A stretch of DNA of 64,000 nucleotides, taken from NCBI RefSeq assembly GCF_006345805.1, contig NC_043007.1, positions 61,814,001 to 61,878,000 of the forward strand. The letters run 5' to 3'. The notes under the pieces are model-generated. The model saw only the letters and a list, made by a program, of their open reading frames with translations. It had not been told where the DNA came from and ran no database searches. Position numbers and translations under genes: made by a program. Every line of letters begins with the position of its first letter. Position 1 is the stretch's first letter. Below, piece after piece: positions 12,817-26,901 of this stretch. The DNA comes from Octopus sinensis (Eukaryota).

Positions 12817-13036
12817 AGATAGCGAACTGGTAGAATCGTTAACACGCCGACCAGAATGCTTAGTGTCATTTCGTCCGTCTATACGTTCTGAGTTCAAATT
12901 TTGCCGAGGTCGACTTTGTCTTTTATCCTTTTGGGGTCGATGAAATAAGTACCAGTTGAACACTGGGGTCGATGTAATCGACTTACCACCTCCTCCGAAA
13001 CTGCTGGTCTTGTGCCAAAATTTGAAATCAATATTA
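12817..13036 (+). mobile_element. Family-1 SINE, near full length, tail B
   Basis: Head ggtagaatcgttaacacgccg, B box gagttcaaatttt, core, and tail gctggtcttgtgccaaaatttgaaatcaatatt. Confidence 0.85.
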
Positions 13037-13932
13037 CCGACACTCCTTTCGTTCTCGCTCTTCAGATTACTTATTAAACTCCTCGGTTCGTTCCTTTTTC
13101 TATATCGAGCTCTCTTCATTCTAAATTTCTTTTCTAACACTAAGCCATAACAATCTAAATTAAACATTAATCGCTCGAACTTTGTTAGTTCAGAATTAAC
13201 GAAATGGAGCTCTGTTCATTTCGCTAACTTGTAATGCTGTCCTCTGAATTCTCCTCGGCGGATGGGAAACTTGAAATAAGACTTGTATTTCATCTCAGAG
13301 ACAACAATCTCTCAACCACCTGAGATCAATTTTAGCCCTCAGATAAAAAGAAAATTATTGATTTGTAAGGAAAATACGCACAAATCAGCAATTGTTTTGC
13401 TTTCTGATTTCTATATCGGAGCAAGCATTTCCGACTCGGCTTAAAACATTCGAGATTTTCGTCACTGGGGAGATCAAGTCAGGTTTAGACACATTGTCTG
13501 GCAATCCATTGGCTTGTTGAGCGATGCCAGTATTTTAACACATAAAGTCTTTTTGATAAGTTTCTCTGAGACATAATATTACAGCTAATGCCATACCACG
13601 ATTGTATACGCATTATGTTATACATACAGGTACTTTAATCTAAGGCTGTTTAGGGTGTGTATATTAAAGTAAAACATAGTCTTAATAACATCTATGTAAT
13701 TTTTAGTTTCAATTTCTTCATATAGTCTGTCTCTTCGTATCAGTGAAATTTTAAGTAGAAACCCATTCATAGTCTGCGCTAAGATTAGGAGAATAGTTAT
13801 AGAATGAATCGTTTTTTCTACTAAAAACAAACAAAAAAAAACTATTACACTAAACTTGAGCAATATTTCACATTTTGTTTTCAAACATCCTGTTCATACT
13901 ACTCTTAACGATCCAACGTTTTACACCATAAT

Positions 13933-14217
13933 CATACATATGTACGTGCGTACGTACGTACATACATACATACATACATACATACATACATACATACATA
14001 CATACATACATACATACATGCATGCATGCATGCATACATACTACATACATACATACATACATACATACATACATACATAACATACATACATACATGCATG
14101 CATGCATGCATACATACATACATACATACATACATACATACATACATACATGCATGCATACATACATACATACATACATACACACATACATATATACATA
14201 CATACATACATACATAC

Positions 14218-14250
<33 letters not shown>
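13933..14250 (+). repeat. (CATA)n microsatellite with recurring (CATG)n interruptions
   Basis: Directly visible; catgcatgca blocks at ~14018, 14095 and 14150. Confidence 0.95.
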
Positions 14251-14252
<2 letters not shown>

Positions 14253-15204
14253 CAAGGTACAATTATGTGAGGACTTTAATGATGTAACATCTGATGTTTG
14301 TTTGGTTAGGAATTTTAGCATGTTTAACAAAGAAGTCTGAGTTTCTCAGTATGACTTTTAGTTTATAAGACACTGTGTAAACATGTCTCAATCCTAAACA
14401 GATTTTCAATTCAACTACATTAACTGTATATCTAAATATCGTATCGTAAAATGACTATTTTCTTTACAATTATACCGGGTTTCAGATTTATGAAGGGGAG
14501 AAGAAATGCGAAATGATGTTTCCTTTGTGTTTGTATCAAGCACTTGAGACATAAATGAAGTGAAATTGCTACCACTGGGAATCGAAAACAGAATATAGAT
14601 TCGGATCTTTCGTCTTTCAAGCGATCACTGTTCAAGGACAGGCTAGGTTGTCTTTTTACAAAGTCAGAATACTCTATATCAGTCGAGTGAGGTCGTGTCT
14701 AAAACTTGGAAGTAACGCAATAAACTTCACTCAAAGCATAGAATTATCTTTGTTCGAGAATATTATAATGAACGTAGTTTTGGTATCATCTAAATTACAA
14801 CCATATAACACCACTCAAATATTTTTAAAATCGTTAAGACACTCTAATTCGTTAAGAGAAATATATTCTCTCACTGCTAAAAGATAATGCAGGTACTTTT
14901 GTATTTATACAAGAAACGTCCGGTACATAATTCTAGAAAAATACCTCTAACTTAGGTATAAGGAAGCAAACCTTAGTAGCGGGCAGAGTACAGCCGATAA
15001 CACAATCTCAGTACTTGAACTCAAAACATGATGGGCTGTAACTAAGTATCGCAGGGTAACTTGTCTGACGTTCTAACGATTTTACCAATCCAGTGACCGA
15101 CTCCGCTGATAGTATAAAATATTGGGTTCAGTATAAAATATTGTGTTCAACTCATGGTTCTCTTGATCATTCCTACAACTGCTTTAATGAGTTCTTGTTT
15201 ATGT

Positions 15205-15400
15205 ATAAGGCCAGCAATCTTGAAAGGATGAGGTTAGTAAATTACATCGAACCCAATACTTAACTGGTATTTTGTTTTATCGACCTCGGTGAGATGAAAG
15301 GCAAACGTGACCCCGGCGGGATTAGAACTTAGAACGTAAAGAGCTGGAACAATACTGGAGAGCGTTTTCTCTGACACTTTCATGATTCTGCCAGTCCGCT
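15205..15400 (-). mobile_element. Degenerate family-1 SINE
   Basis: ataaggccagcaat...ttacatcgaacccaatacttaactggta...gaaaggcaaacgtgaccccggcgggattagaacttagaacgtaaag...gattctgccag. Confidence 0.75.
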
Positions 15401-16138
15401 ACTTCTTTTTTTTTAAATAACGATCATAATAGTATTACTGAAAAGATCTAATAAGACTAAAACATGCTTATAGTTGTCACCACATTGTCAAAGTCATAAA
15501 TTACTTGCCACAAAACTGTCAGTATTCAATTTTAAAAATGAATTTTAATCAATAAAAGTTTCAGGGTTGCCTTTCTTGACAACTGATTGATCATTTATGG
15601 TAATGATTCATTCTCCTCAACACGGGTGTATAATTTTTTGATTAATTATAATTTTTTGCCTCATTAGATATGTTAGCACAGACCTTATCTATACATTTTC
15701 ACGCAGAGCGTGTCTGTAAGTAGTTTTTGTTTCCAAGTCTTTATCATTTTATAAAGTATGAAACCAGACCACACCTCTTTTCTACCGCAAATAAACGATT
15801 TCCACCTCGTGAACTGTTTGTTGATTTATCCCCTAATTTTCGTTTCAAAGGGGTACACAGATGTACTTTGATACTGAAGTACATTCAGTCAGCCAAAACC
15901 GTGGAAAGCTTTTGACTCCCTTGCTAAAAAAGTTATTTCATTCTTATTTTTATGTCTGCAATACCCTTGAGAAAATTACATGAATGTCATACCTTGCTTT
16001 GCCTCCTCTCATTCAAAAAACAAACCTTAGGTTCCTTGAATGACGATGATGATGATCATCATCATCATCATGACTATGATCAGATTATCAAAATATATTT
16101 AACGTACTAATAGATGTATTTTCATAACATTAAGAAAC

Positions 16139-16221
<83 letters not shown>

Positions 16222-16592
16222 TGTGGTGTGTGTGTGATTGTGTGTGTGTGTGTGTGTGTGTGATTGTGTGTGTGTGCGTGTGTGCGTGTGTGTGAGTGTG
16301 TGTGTGTGTGAATGTGTACGTGTGTGCGTGTGTGTGTTCTTATGTAAACATACCTGAGTGAAATGTTTGTTTTGCGCGATCTGCCGTATGGCTCAGATTA
16401 TTATACCGACAACATCTACGTTTACACAGAGAAACCATTTTATAGTGTACTCCTAACCTGTACCATTTCTCGTTTTGGTTTTGATGGAATTATATCCGAT
16501 TACCACCTACAGTTTACTTCTCCAGTAATACACAGCTAGCTTCTCTTCTAACTATTGTAAATAATTCATGCAAAAACAGAAAAAAACAAACA

Positions 16593-16670
<78 letters not shown>

Positions 16671-18637
16671 AAGAGCAACGACTATGAGTATCTGTTGATG
16701 CATTTTCAATCTTTGACGAATGTTGTCTGAATAATTGAATACGAATAATGAGTTTGTCAGTTGAGTTCAGACGTTATCTGTTACAAAGGGGAGAATAATA
16801 TCCTATAGCTATAAATCATGTATATTCAGATTGCATCTAGATTTTAGAGATATGTTAGCAACAGTTATTTTCACAGAATATTAAATTAAACATGTTAATT
16901 GATTGATAACTTGATTTTGTTTAAATGACGTACTCATTTATTGTAAACGAAAGGCAAGTCATGCGTTCTTTTCCCGTTGTTTTCTGTTTTTCGAACAGTT
17001 CAGTATAAAAGAATATGTGCCGACAGATTCCACAAATCACTTATGTGTAAATCTAGATATCATTAGGTATCAGAATCTGAAACAAGGGGATCACTTAAAT
17101 ATAAATTTATTAATTAGTTAAGATGGTAATAGAATGTTTAATTCTTGGAACTTTAAAACCACAAAGAAAGGTCAAAAATGCGATGACGGAAAGGAATATG
17201 AGTCGATAGATCATATTTAGCTTCATTTTTCAAATAGATAGAAGCTTTTATGAACAAGTTCGAGTTTTCTGGGCAAAGTTATCTGCGGCAGACTGGCATC
17301 CTACTCCAGAAAGATGATTTGTCTTTTTCCCACATAATTTTGCGGTAGCTAGAATTCCTAATTAGGGCCTTTGGACCAATATTTATCGTGAAATAATAAT
17401 AGTCGGGTGGATATTATTATTTCACGATAATACTCTACTCACGGTACTACTCTAGCACGCATTACAAATTTACGTCTATATTATGTCTACCTATGTGATT
17501 ACAGAGTCTAAGTTAATATTTATATAATGTCTACCTATGTGATCCTCATTTACTCAGTAGAAGAAAAGCAGAACCCATCACATATTGTAGGAGGATGGGT
17601 GGAAATTACACCAAGACCGGAGATTTGGCTCGAATGCTTATAACAAAGTGTACTTCACTGAAAGCACCCAAAGATCAGGTTGTTCGTTTAAACTGAGTGA
17701 TAGATTACGTCTCTACAGGGCATTAGTTTATATAATGTGGCAGTGAAGTATGATTATATAGGGATCTGTTCATTATTTTATTCTCACCTACTTTAAACAG
17801 TAGAAAGTAAAGTTCAGTTTGTGATTTTTCTAAAGCATTTATTACTTAGAAAAGGTAAAAAGTCATCTTCAGTCACAAACCGTGAATAATATGACCGAAA
17901 GAAACAAGACAGTACAGAATAGATTAATGTGACTCGTGTTAAATTTCACAAGTCACAGTTTGATTGTGAAGGGAAACACATGAAGTCGACATAAGAGGGA
18001 TGCTAATACCATACAGAAAGATTGTACAGACCCTTGTTGTTGAGTATTTAAACATTTGAATGGTATTCCATTCCCAGCAATTGTAACTCTTATTTTAGAA
18101 ACATCCGAAAACATTTCTAGAGAAATATTTCTGTAGCCATTATTACACCAAATAAGTATTTCTTTGTAAAATGAGTTAGATACAGGTCATTGTACACTTT
18201 GTTCCTTATATTCCATTAGATTTTTATAGATCTATTATCGAAAAACTGTTGAAAATTTGGCAAGGTCTAATTAGATTAATTGCAATAGGTATATAATACT
18301 AAAAATGTCAGATGAATTTTAATTCAATCCTGAACGTTATAAAGTAATAAGATATCTTAAAGTAATACTCTGAAGGCTGGGTGGTTGAGATTGTTGACAT
18401 TTCTCACTTAAATAATCCTATTCTTGCACTACAGTTCAAGGAATAGAATCGAAACACGTTATCGTCAGAGATGTAACATACAGTAAAGAACACTAAGAAC
18501 TGGAATAATTGAAACGGTTCCAATATTTTAAGGCTTTAGGTGGATGTTAATTTATGTCACACAGCTGCACCCTATTCTATTGTTATTTTCATAAGAATTT
18601 ACACTTTGGGGATTGGAACCTTGCCAACCTATTACAA

Positions 18638-18694
<57 letters not shown>

Positions 18695-18942
18695 GTGGTG
18701 ATGATGCCGACATATGAGATAATATTTACTTCAAGGGATCTAGACCTATATTTTCCAATGTGTGCTTACTTGTTTAAGGGGTCAGGATTTAGTTTAAGAA
18801 AAACTTCGCTACTATATCAAGCAGATCAAGGAAACCTATAGAGGCTTCCTCGTTGGTTAGATACACGTCAGTGTTATTCGATGGCTCAAAATACGTTCAA
18901 TTTCAACACGCATCTAATTGTACTTTGATGCTCACAGTTGTA

Positions 18943-19270
18943 GGCGCAATATAGCTGAATAATCAGGAAATTTGCTTCGAAACCACGAGGTTCTGATTTT
19001 GATTCCACTGCATACTATCTTTGGCAAATGTCATTTTCTATTGCCTCGAGTTGACATATATCTTGTGAGTGAAATTCAATTACTGGAAACAGTATAGAGA
19101 CCCAACTGGTGATTGTACCTGTAATTCAAAAGGTACAGCCTTGTCGCACACCGTATCACGCTGATTCCGCTTGAGAATTATGTTAATGGGGAAATGTGTC
19201 TGTGGAATATTCAGCCACTTGCATGTTAATTTCAGAGTAGGTGATTCAGTTCACAGAAGAACTGAATCTC
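18943..19270 (+). mobile_element. Degenerate tRNA-headed SINE with a body similar to 44540-44650
   Basis: tRNA-like head ggcgcaatatagctg...gattccactgc, then gttgtacctgta...cagccttgtc...gtctgtgga...cagccacttgca shared with the family-4 copy at 44350. Confidence 0.55.
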
Positions 19271-22200
19271 GTCGAATGACAGAGATCTAGCAGCAGCAGC
19301 AGCACCACCACCACCACCATCATCACCACCATCACCACCACTTACAACTATATCTACTATAAAGTAATGTATTGGATGCGTTGCTACACATGGTTATAAC
19401 ATTTTCACTTCATTATGCCACAACATAGAAATTCGTAGGGAATCTAGTTATGATTTACTTTATATCGAAAACATTCTGGTAAAACATACAGGTGAACTGA
19501 TTGATTTCATCCACACTTCCTGTTTCCTGTATTTTCCTGCTGTAAATGTTTCTTTGTATATTAATGTAGGTGGTTTATTGCTACATTTCCTCTCACATCG
19601 GAATGTATTTCAGATTTATAAACTAAAATGAGTTTCAGCTGGCCAGTTGAGGGCCAACCCATCAACAGATGCCGTATACTTAAATAGTTTTGGCTCATTT
19701 TGAACAGCTGTAAATAACGATACCATATAAAAGTACAGCTTATTTCTGTAAGCAGAGGGAAAACTATGTAATTGAGAGGTGTTCTCTTAGCTTCCGATTC
19801 TGATTTTAAATCCTCTCGGAAGCAATATTGGATGGAAAATTTTACTACCACAAAATTTAAACATCAGTCTATATACACATAATGCGTCAAAAAGAAATTG
19901 GAACGGTAATAGCTGTAATATTTTGTCTCAGAGAAGCTTCTCAATGAATTTCTGTATGGAAGAGAAACTTCTCAATGAAGCACCTGGCTTCGCTCAGAAC
20001 ACCAGGGTATCATCATATACTGTGTTTCTACCTGATTTACTCTCCTCAGCGACGAAAACTCTGAACTAAACCAAAAAATTCTTGTTCTGTTATAGAAATC
20101 GATAAGCAAAAACATTTATTGATTTGTGCGAAAGCTGACCAAGGGAGAATTAAATTAATATGCACACTTGAAACATTCTTATATTAAAATACTTGTGTGT
20201 GTAGACACGGTGTTTTGATCTGAAAACTACAAGAATTGTTCACCATAGATACACAAATTAACTACCATTTTTATGATACTCTAACAATTCATTTTGTTTT
20301 GAGACTCGTCATCACCACCATTTAGCTCAAATCGCAAAATACTTAACCAAGAAACATCCTAGAGACATTAGAACCTCTGTATGACGATTCAATGTGGGCT
20401 GCATTCTTCGAATTCAATTTGCTTTTTATTGATTTTCATAGGTTCTTGAGTTAAAATCTTCAGTTTTAGGTTTTTGTTTACATTCCTGTTTGTACCTGTT
20501 TTATTTCACATACATTACTTAAGCCCTTTGATTGTGGCAACAAAAACAATGTAGAATCTCCCTTCTATCGTTTTTTTTTTTGTATCTAACATCGTAAGGG
20601 GAATTTATTTTTGTTCCATTGAAGCCACACCTAATAAAAATGCTTGCCAATGCCATTTGAAGTTTACAGCACTTCTCGATTACTTACTTGCATTCTTGAT
20701 AAGAAACACGCCATTCTTCTTCTTTCACCAGAATCATATCTTTGTTTTGTACCTTCTCAAAACGAATTCGACTCTTGTCAGTCTTTTCTTACTACTTATT
20801 CTTTTTGCTTTGTATTTTTTTCAACATGAAATACAAATGAATGGAAAAGAACTGAAAAACTAACAAACAAAATAAATTACTTACTTAGATTACATGACCC
20901 ACCCATCTTGGAATTATGAAATGCAGATTACCATATGATAGCAGTTCTAGAGAATGCTCTTGTTTATTAATACATATCTGAGCAGAAATTGCCTTAACAT
21001 AGCTCCTGACATCCAGCTAAATGATTCATGTTTCTGTAAATTGCCGAGCAAGCACCGTAAAATATGCGACTCAGTTTCGATTCCTCGGTATGTAACTGTT
21101 GTAGTTACTTCATATCCGAAGTTCATACCTGGAAAGATATGAATGTCATAACATTCCATTATTCTGTTACTCACGCGAGCGCGTATTATATTTGCAAAAC
21201 GCTTTCTTAAATTAGCAGTAGAGAACTATATCAAAAAAATCTTTTATAACAGATTAACACAGTCATGATGGAAGGAAACTGATTTGTTTTTATATACTTA
21301 AATAATTGTTAATTTAAGAAAACCATTATTTAAATAATGTGATTTGTATCAAGAAATTATCACGTATCAAGAAATTATCCCCCAAATATTTTTTAATGCA
21401 CACACACACATTGACATATATATAATTTATAATCCATACAATATATATATGTATATTGCAATTTCGGTAGCTAGTATTGCAGAGTAGAATTATGCCTCGC
21501 CAGAGCCGAATACCCAGTTTCAATTCTTAAGTGATGAAAGTTAAATTTAACTTTATTTTTGTATTTGGTTTGCAAGATTATTGACATGAATTCGTGTGTT
21601 GAAACAAATCTTGTTGTGGCTTGGGAGGGTCATTTTGCAAAAAATAATAACACCTGGATTGGGTCTATGCCAATTCTTTATTGTTGGTCAATTGGTTAAA
21701 TATCTTGATTGTTTAACCGACACATTAAACAAACGATCGATTGGTTAGTTGGTTAGATATTTAACTAATTGACTAAGAATAGAGAAGAGATATTGAATCG
21801 GTACATGTATTATTATTATTGGCATATTGACCTCCCAAGGCAACAAAATTTAAGTTTATTATACACCAACGATCATAAATGGCTCTCGTTTATAAATGTG
21901 AGCATTTTATACTAATATAAAGAAATAAGTATTGCTTTCTTTCTTTTAGCACACTGTTAAAAAGGTTTTCTCATAGTGTTATACTTGATCACCGTTACTT
22001 ATTTCATTGACTCTGGAAAAATATAAAGAACAAAAGGCAATTTGAAAGGTTGTGAATTTAGAACATGAATAAACTTTTATAGCCTATCGGTTTCGCCTTA
22101 TGTTACAAAAATACATATTGCTATAAATAAGTGACAAATACGAAATGGCTACGGTAAACTTCTGGAAAACTTAATCTGCGACCTGGTTCCTATTCCTTAT

Positions 22201-23947
22201 TGAAGCAATCTTACATTATTTCTTCAGTTAGGAACATTTTCTCCTCAAATCTGTTAATATACGCGTGTAATCTCTATGGTAGTAAGTGGAAACTCGCAAC
22301 GGAGCGAGCGGCAGCAGGAGAAATCTTCAGCGGATGAATTCCCATTGAGATCCCATGAAGCAAGTGTTTCGGTTCGTTAGTTCCTGACACGTTAAGGGAG
22401 CCAAGCCCACCTAAGTCATGATTCCTAGATGTTGCTGTTTCTGAAATGCTACATTAGTGGGGATTAAACTCGGAACCTTATTTCTTTGAAGTCTGGTGTA
22501 TATCGCTCGGCCACGACAAGAATTCGTACTGTGGATCTATTTCACCCCAACTTTTTTTTTTGCTTTTTGTTTCACTAAATTTTATTTGATATTTCCTTGG
22601 TTTATAACAGAAATACATGGCTAAACTGAATGAGGTTTACAATTATGAACAAATGACTAAGATATCAAGAAACAAAAGTCTCACAATATATATTTTGGCA
22701 AGTGAATCCTTTACATTTGTTGTTATTTCATTTTTATTCTGTTTAGAATTTTAGCGCGACCTACAGATAATTATTATTCTTGGATATGAATATGTGCTGC
22801 TGTTGCTGCAACACACACTCAAACATCTTCGATCACTGTCAAGATAAAGATCACATGACTGAATGGTAGAAAGTAATATATAGACACATGCCACCGACAG
22901 GCACTCTGTTTCCTATCTCTATCTTTGCTCTTATATGTTATGCTTTGTAATACGCACATAAAGCGTGTTCTGTTGTAAATGCTATATACATATATGTATA
23001 TAGCAAGAGTCTATTAGTCAGAAAAAAAACATCCATTCGTATATTTGTCAATAAGGTGGGTATATTCAATCGAAATATACAATACTAAACTTCCATTATG
23101 GTCGATCTTATCAATCGGTTCTGTACTGGCGGTTCAACGATGTTAGATAACAGGCTGATTATGTAACCCTGATCTCTTCAGAGTTGTCAGTTGTGGAAGA
23201 AAAATATGGTGACGGCTCTCTTTCGTCGAGGGTGAAAAAACGCATCTGGGTTGTGGTTGCTATAAAAAAAAAAGACGAAACAAACTGAGCAAGTCAAGAA
23301 TTATGTCCGTTGGCACTAACGGCTTCTGGGGTGTTGCAAAGTTACTAAGGTTTTCTGGAAATGTATGTACGGTTTAGAAGTCGTTATTCGTTTAGATTTG
23401 GAGTGCGTGTAGTGGTATGTAGCGCTTTTAGCGGGAATGAGGTTGCTGGGCGGATGCTCAAAGGACGCATAAGTGCATGTGTTCGTTTGTGCGTGTTTTG
23501 TTTATGTTTTGGTTAAATTCTTTGGAGTATTTTTGTAGGTGTGGAATGTGTGTGGGGCTATTGTATGTGTGGAGGTGTATATTGAGAGAAACGGGGGTGA
23601 TGTTGGGCGGATGTCCCCGCATTTGAGCACATGTTAGGGCACGTAGGTATCTGTGAACTCGTTTGTATGTGTTTTGGTTAAATTCTTTGTCGGGTTCCCA
23701 GGTTTTGGTGGTGGAAAAATCGATGGAGAACTGGTGGTTATATTCGGATGTATAATAAAGTATACTTCCCTTCATGTGGGCCAAGACTAAAAATTTCACT
23801 TCTATAGCTTAATTTGCATTTCCTACTGCTACTAAAATAAGCTTTGCAGTTGTCTAACACTTTCTATTTTATGTTGCATTCCGTGGCGATCTCTTCCACG
23901 ATCAGCCATAATGGATATATAAAACTATATACTTTGATTAACATATA

Positions 23948-24364
23948 GGCGCAGGAGTGGCTGTGTGGTAAGTAGCTTGCTAACCAACCACATGGTTCCG
24001 GTTTCAGTCCCACTGCGTGGCATCTTGGGCAAGTGTCTTCTGCTATAGCCCCGGGTCAACCAATGCCTTGTGAGTGGATTTGGTAGACGGAAACTGAAAG
24101 AAGCCTGTCGTATATATGTATATATATATATGTGTGTGTGTGTGTTTGTGTGTCTGTGTTTGTCCCCCTAGCATTGCTTGACAACCGATGCTGGTGTGTT
24201 TACGTCCCCGTCTCTTAGCGGTTCGGCAAAAGAGACCGATAGAATAAGTACTGGGCTTACAAAGAATAAGTCCCGGGGTCGATTTGTTCGACTAAAGGCG
24301 GTGCTCCAGCATGGCCGCAGTCAAAATGACTGAAACAAGTAAAAGAGTAAAAAGAGTAAAGAGT
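23948..24364 (+). mobile_element. Family-2 SINE, full length (tRNA head, cttgggcaagtg core, internal TA/TG microsatellite, (AAAAGAGT)n tail)
   Basis: Closely similar to 60905-61311 and to the reverse-complement copy at 30061-30480. A-box tggctgtgtgg and B-box-like ggtttcagtccc. Confidence 0.9.
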
Positions 24365-24647
24365 ATATAAATTACTTTGTTGCTGAATTTGGATATTAAT
24401 TTAAACGTCAAACCATTACTCTATCCACAACACATTGCAGTATTTCTCTAATGTCTATTTTTTTCTTTTTATTCTCTCACGGGGGTTTTAATCCATCTGT
24501 TTGACTCTGTGTGAAGGTAAGAACCAAACCATTGCTATAGTTAAATTGGGTGTTATTTGTAGGATTCTTAGGATTACGATTTTAAAGATCAGTAGTGATG
24601 ATACTGATGACGCCTTTATTGCTTTTACCGTTAATGTTACTGTTATT

Positions 24648-24667
24648 ATTATTATTATTATTATTAA

Positions 24668-24744
<77 letters not shown>
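24648..24744 (+). repeat. (ATT)n microsatellite
   Basis: Directly visible. Confidence 0.95.
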
Positions 24745-24745
<1 letters not shown>

Positions 24746-25087
24746 GTAGTCTTCGTTGTTATTTAAATCATTATTTCTTTTTGCTATTGTTGCTGGTGTT
24801 ATTGTTGCTGGTGTTATTGTTATTATTAACCCACTCAGATTACTTTCTCTTGTAAAAGATAAAGCTGCTGTAACATTTGACCTTCTTGTGTGTTTCTAAT
24901 ACTTTCCAATAAAATTGCTGACGTCTGTGACGAGAAAAAGATGGTGGGTGATTTTGATATTAAAGCAAAAATAAAGAAAATATGATTTCGATTAGTGGTG
25001 GTATTATAATCATGTGCTGTAGATTAGGGTTAGAAATGTTAATCTGCTGTGTTGAAAAGAGATACGTTTATCGTGGACAAAGTTTAC

Positions 25088-25149
<62 letters not shown>

Positions 25150-25181
25150 GCACGCACGCACGCACGTACACACATATACAC

Positions 25182-25227
<46 letters not shown>

Positions 25228-25814
25228 ACACACACACACACACACAAAATGGCAAAGATGGTTGATATGAAGAAAGATAACGTAAGTGTTCGTAGTGTAA
25301 AACGTTACCTCACAGACCGAAACTTGATCAGAGTCAGAGAGGGAACCTTTCAGATGAACATATTTGTTTTTTCATGTTATCTGTAAGGTCAAGAAGTTCG
25401 CTTCGCAGTCACGTGTCTTGGGGTTCGATCCTACCATGCAGCTCTTTGAGGAAGTGCGTTGCCCTATAGCCTCGAGTTGGCCAATCTCTTATGAGTGGAA
25501 TTCGGCAGTTGGAAACTATGCAGGAAAAAATATTTACATAGAGTATCATTTTAAGGAGAATTCATGTAAAGTCATTTACATTATGTGTATGTGTGTGTGT
25601 GAGTCTGTATGTGTGTGTTTGTGTTAGTATGTAGGCGTGTGTGAGAGAGAAAGAGATGGGTGGGAGAGAGTACGGGTGTGTTTCTGTTTATGCCTACGGT
25701 GGATTGAAAAATCAGTGATCTTTGTATTCCTTTATGGCAGGCAACTTAGTAGTTTGACAAATAGATGCGAAAAAAATTGATAGCAAACTGAAATAGGTAC
25801 TGGGATCGATACTC

Positions 25815-25981
25815 GCAAGGTCATGTGCTGTCTATCTTGATATGAGATAACTATGTCGCGCACATATAGTTGTGATGCTGTGCCTTGTGTACCCTTATCA
25901 GACGAGTAGTCATGATGGGTATATTGGGCTTCGTATAGTTTACCCAGTGTCACTTTGAAGGTATGTACTACTCTCTCACTC
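25815..25981 (+). mobile_element. 5'-truncated copy of the 556-bp (AAT)n-tailed element
   Basis: Matches ~7512-7680 and is followed by (AAT)n(AAC)n at 25982-26054. Confidence 0.85.
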
Positions 25982-26034
<53 letters not shown>

Positions 26035-26210
26035 TAACAATAACAATAATAACAACATCCATTCATGAATTTATTTATTTATTAATTTTTTTAATCTTTT
26101 ACCTGTGAATTTGCGTTTGTTATCTAGGAATGCATACAATGAGCTTCTAGGTGTACAAAAACACTCGGCGAAAAATGGAAGGAAATTTGAAGAAAGAAGG
26201 AAAATAAACC

Positions 26211-26258
<48 letters not shown>

Positions 26259-26294
26259 AATAATAATAATAATAATAATAATAATTATAACAAT

Positions 26295-26485
26295 GATAAC
26301 AAATTTTGGTGCAAGGCCAGCAATTTGGGGAGGAAGGGCTAAGTCGATTACACCGACTCCAGTGTTCAAATTGTTCTTATTTTATCGACCCCGAAAGGAT
26401 GAAAGGCAAAGTCAACCTCGGGGGAATTTGAACTCTGAACATAAGGACAGACGAAATGCCGCATCGCATTTTGTCTGGCATGTCT
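26295..26485 (-). mobile_element. Family-1 SINE, tail B
   Basis: aaattttggtgcaaggccagc...tttatcgaccccgaaaggatgaaaggcaaagtc...gacgaaatgccg. Confidence 0.8.
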
Positions 26486-26487
26486 TG

Positions 26488-26519
<32 letters not shown>

Positions 26520-26901
26520 TAATAATAATAATAATAATCTTTTCTACTAAAGGCACGAATCCTGAAATTTTAGGGGAGGGGACTAAGTGTTTTACCCGGC
26601 GCAGTAACGATTCTGTCAGCTCAATAAAAATAATAACATTAAAACATTTTAATATACATATTATACGATTTGTGACATTCATTCTCTGTATGTAGATTAA
26701 GAAATGATAAAATTGTCAAAAATGAGAGCTGTAATATCTCATACAAATTTTAGAACATAGTCTCCGATTACAAAAGAAATAAGCTCTTAGAGAAAAAGTT
26801 GAAGGATGAAAATTGATCTTATTAAACTTGGGTTCAATGGCACAAAGCTTCAAAGACAAAAGTTCCTTTTGACAACTGAATTCCAGAGCTTTTATAATTT
26901 C

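Noticed and set aside
16458-16556. Minus-strand exon candidate containing LEEKLAVYYWRSKL* (PTS1-like SKL)
   Set aside because: All frames close, the donor (gttagg) is weak, and no upstream coding exons were found. An SKL-stop is easily chance.
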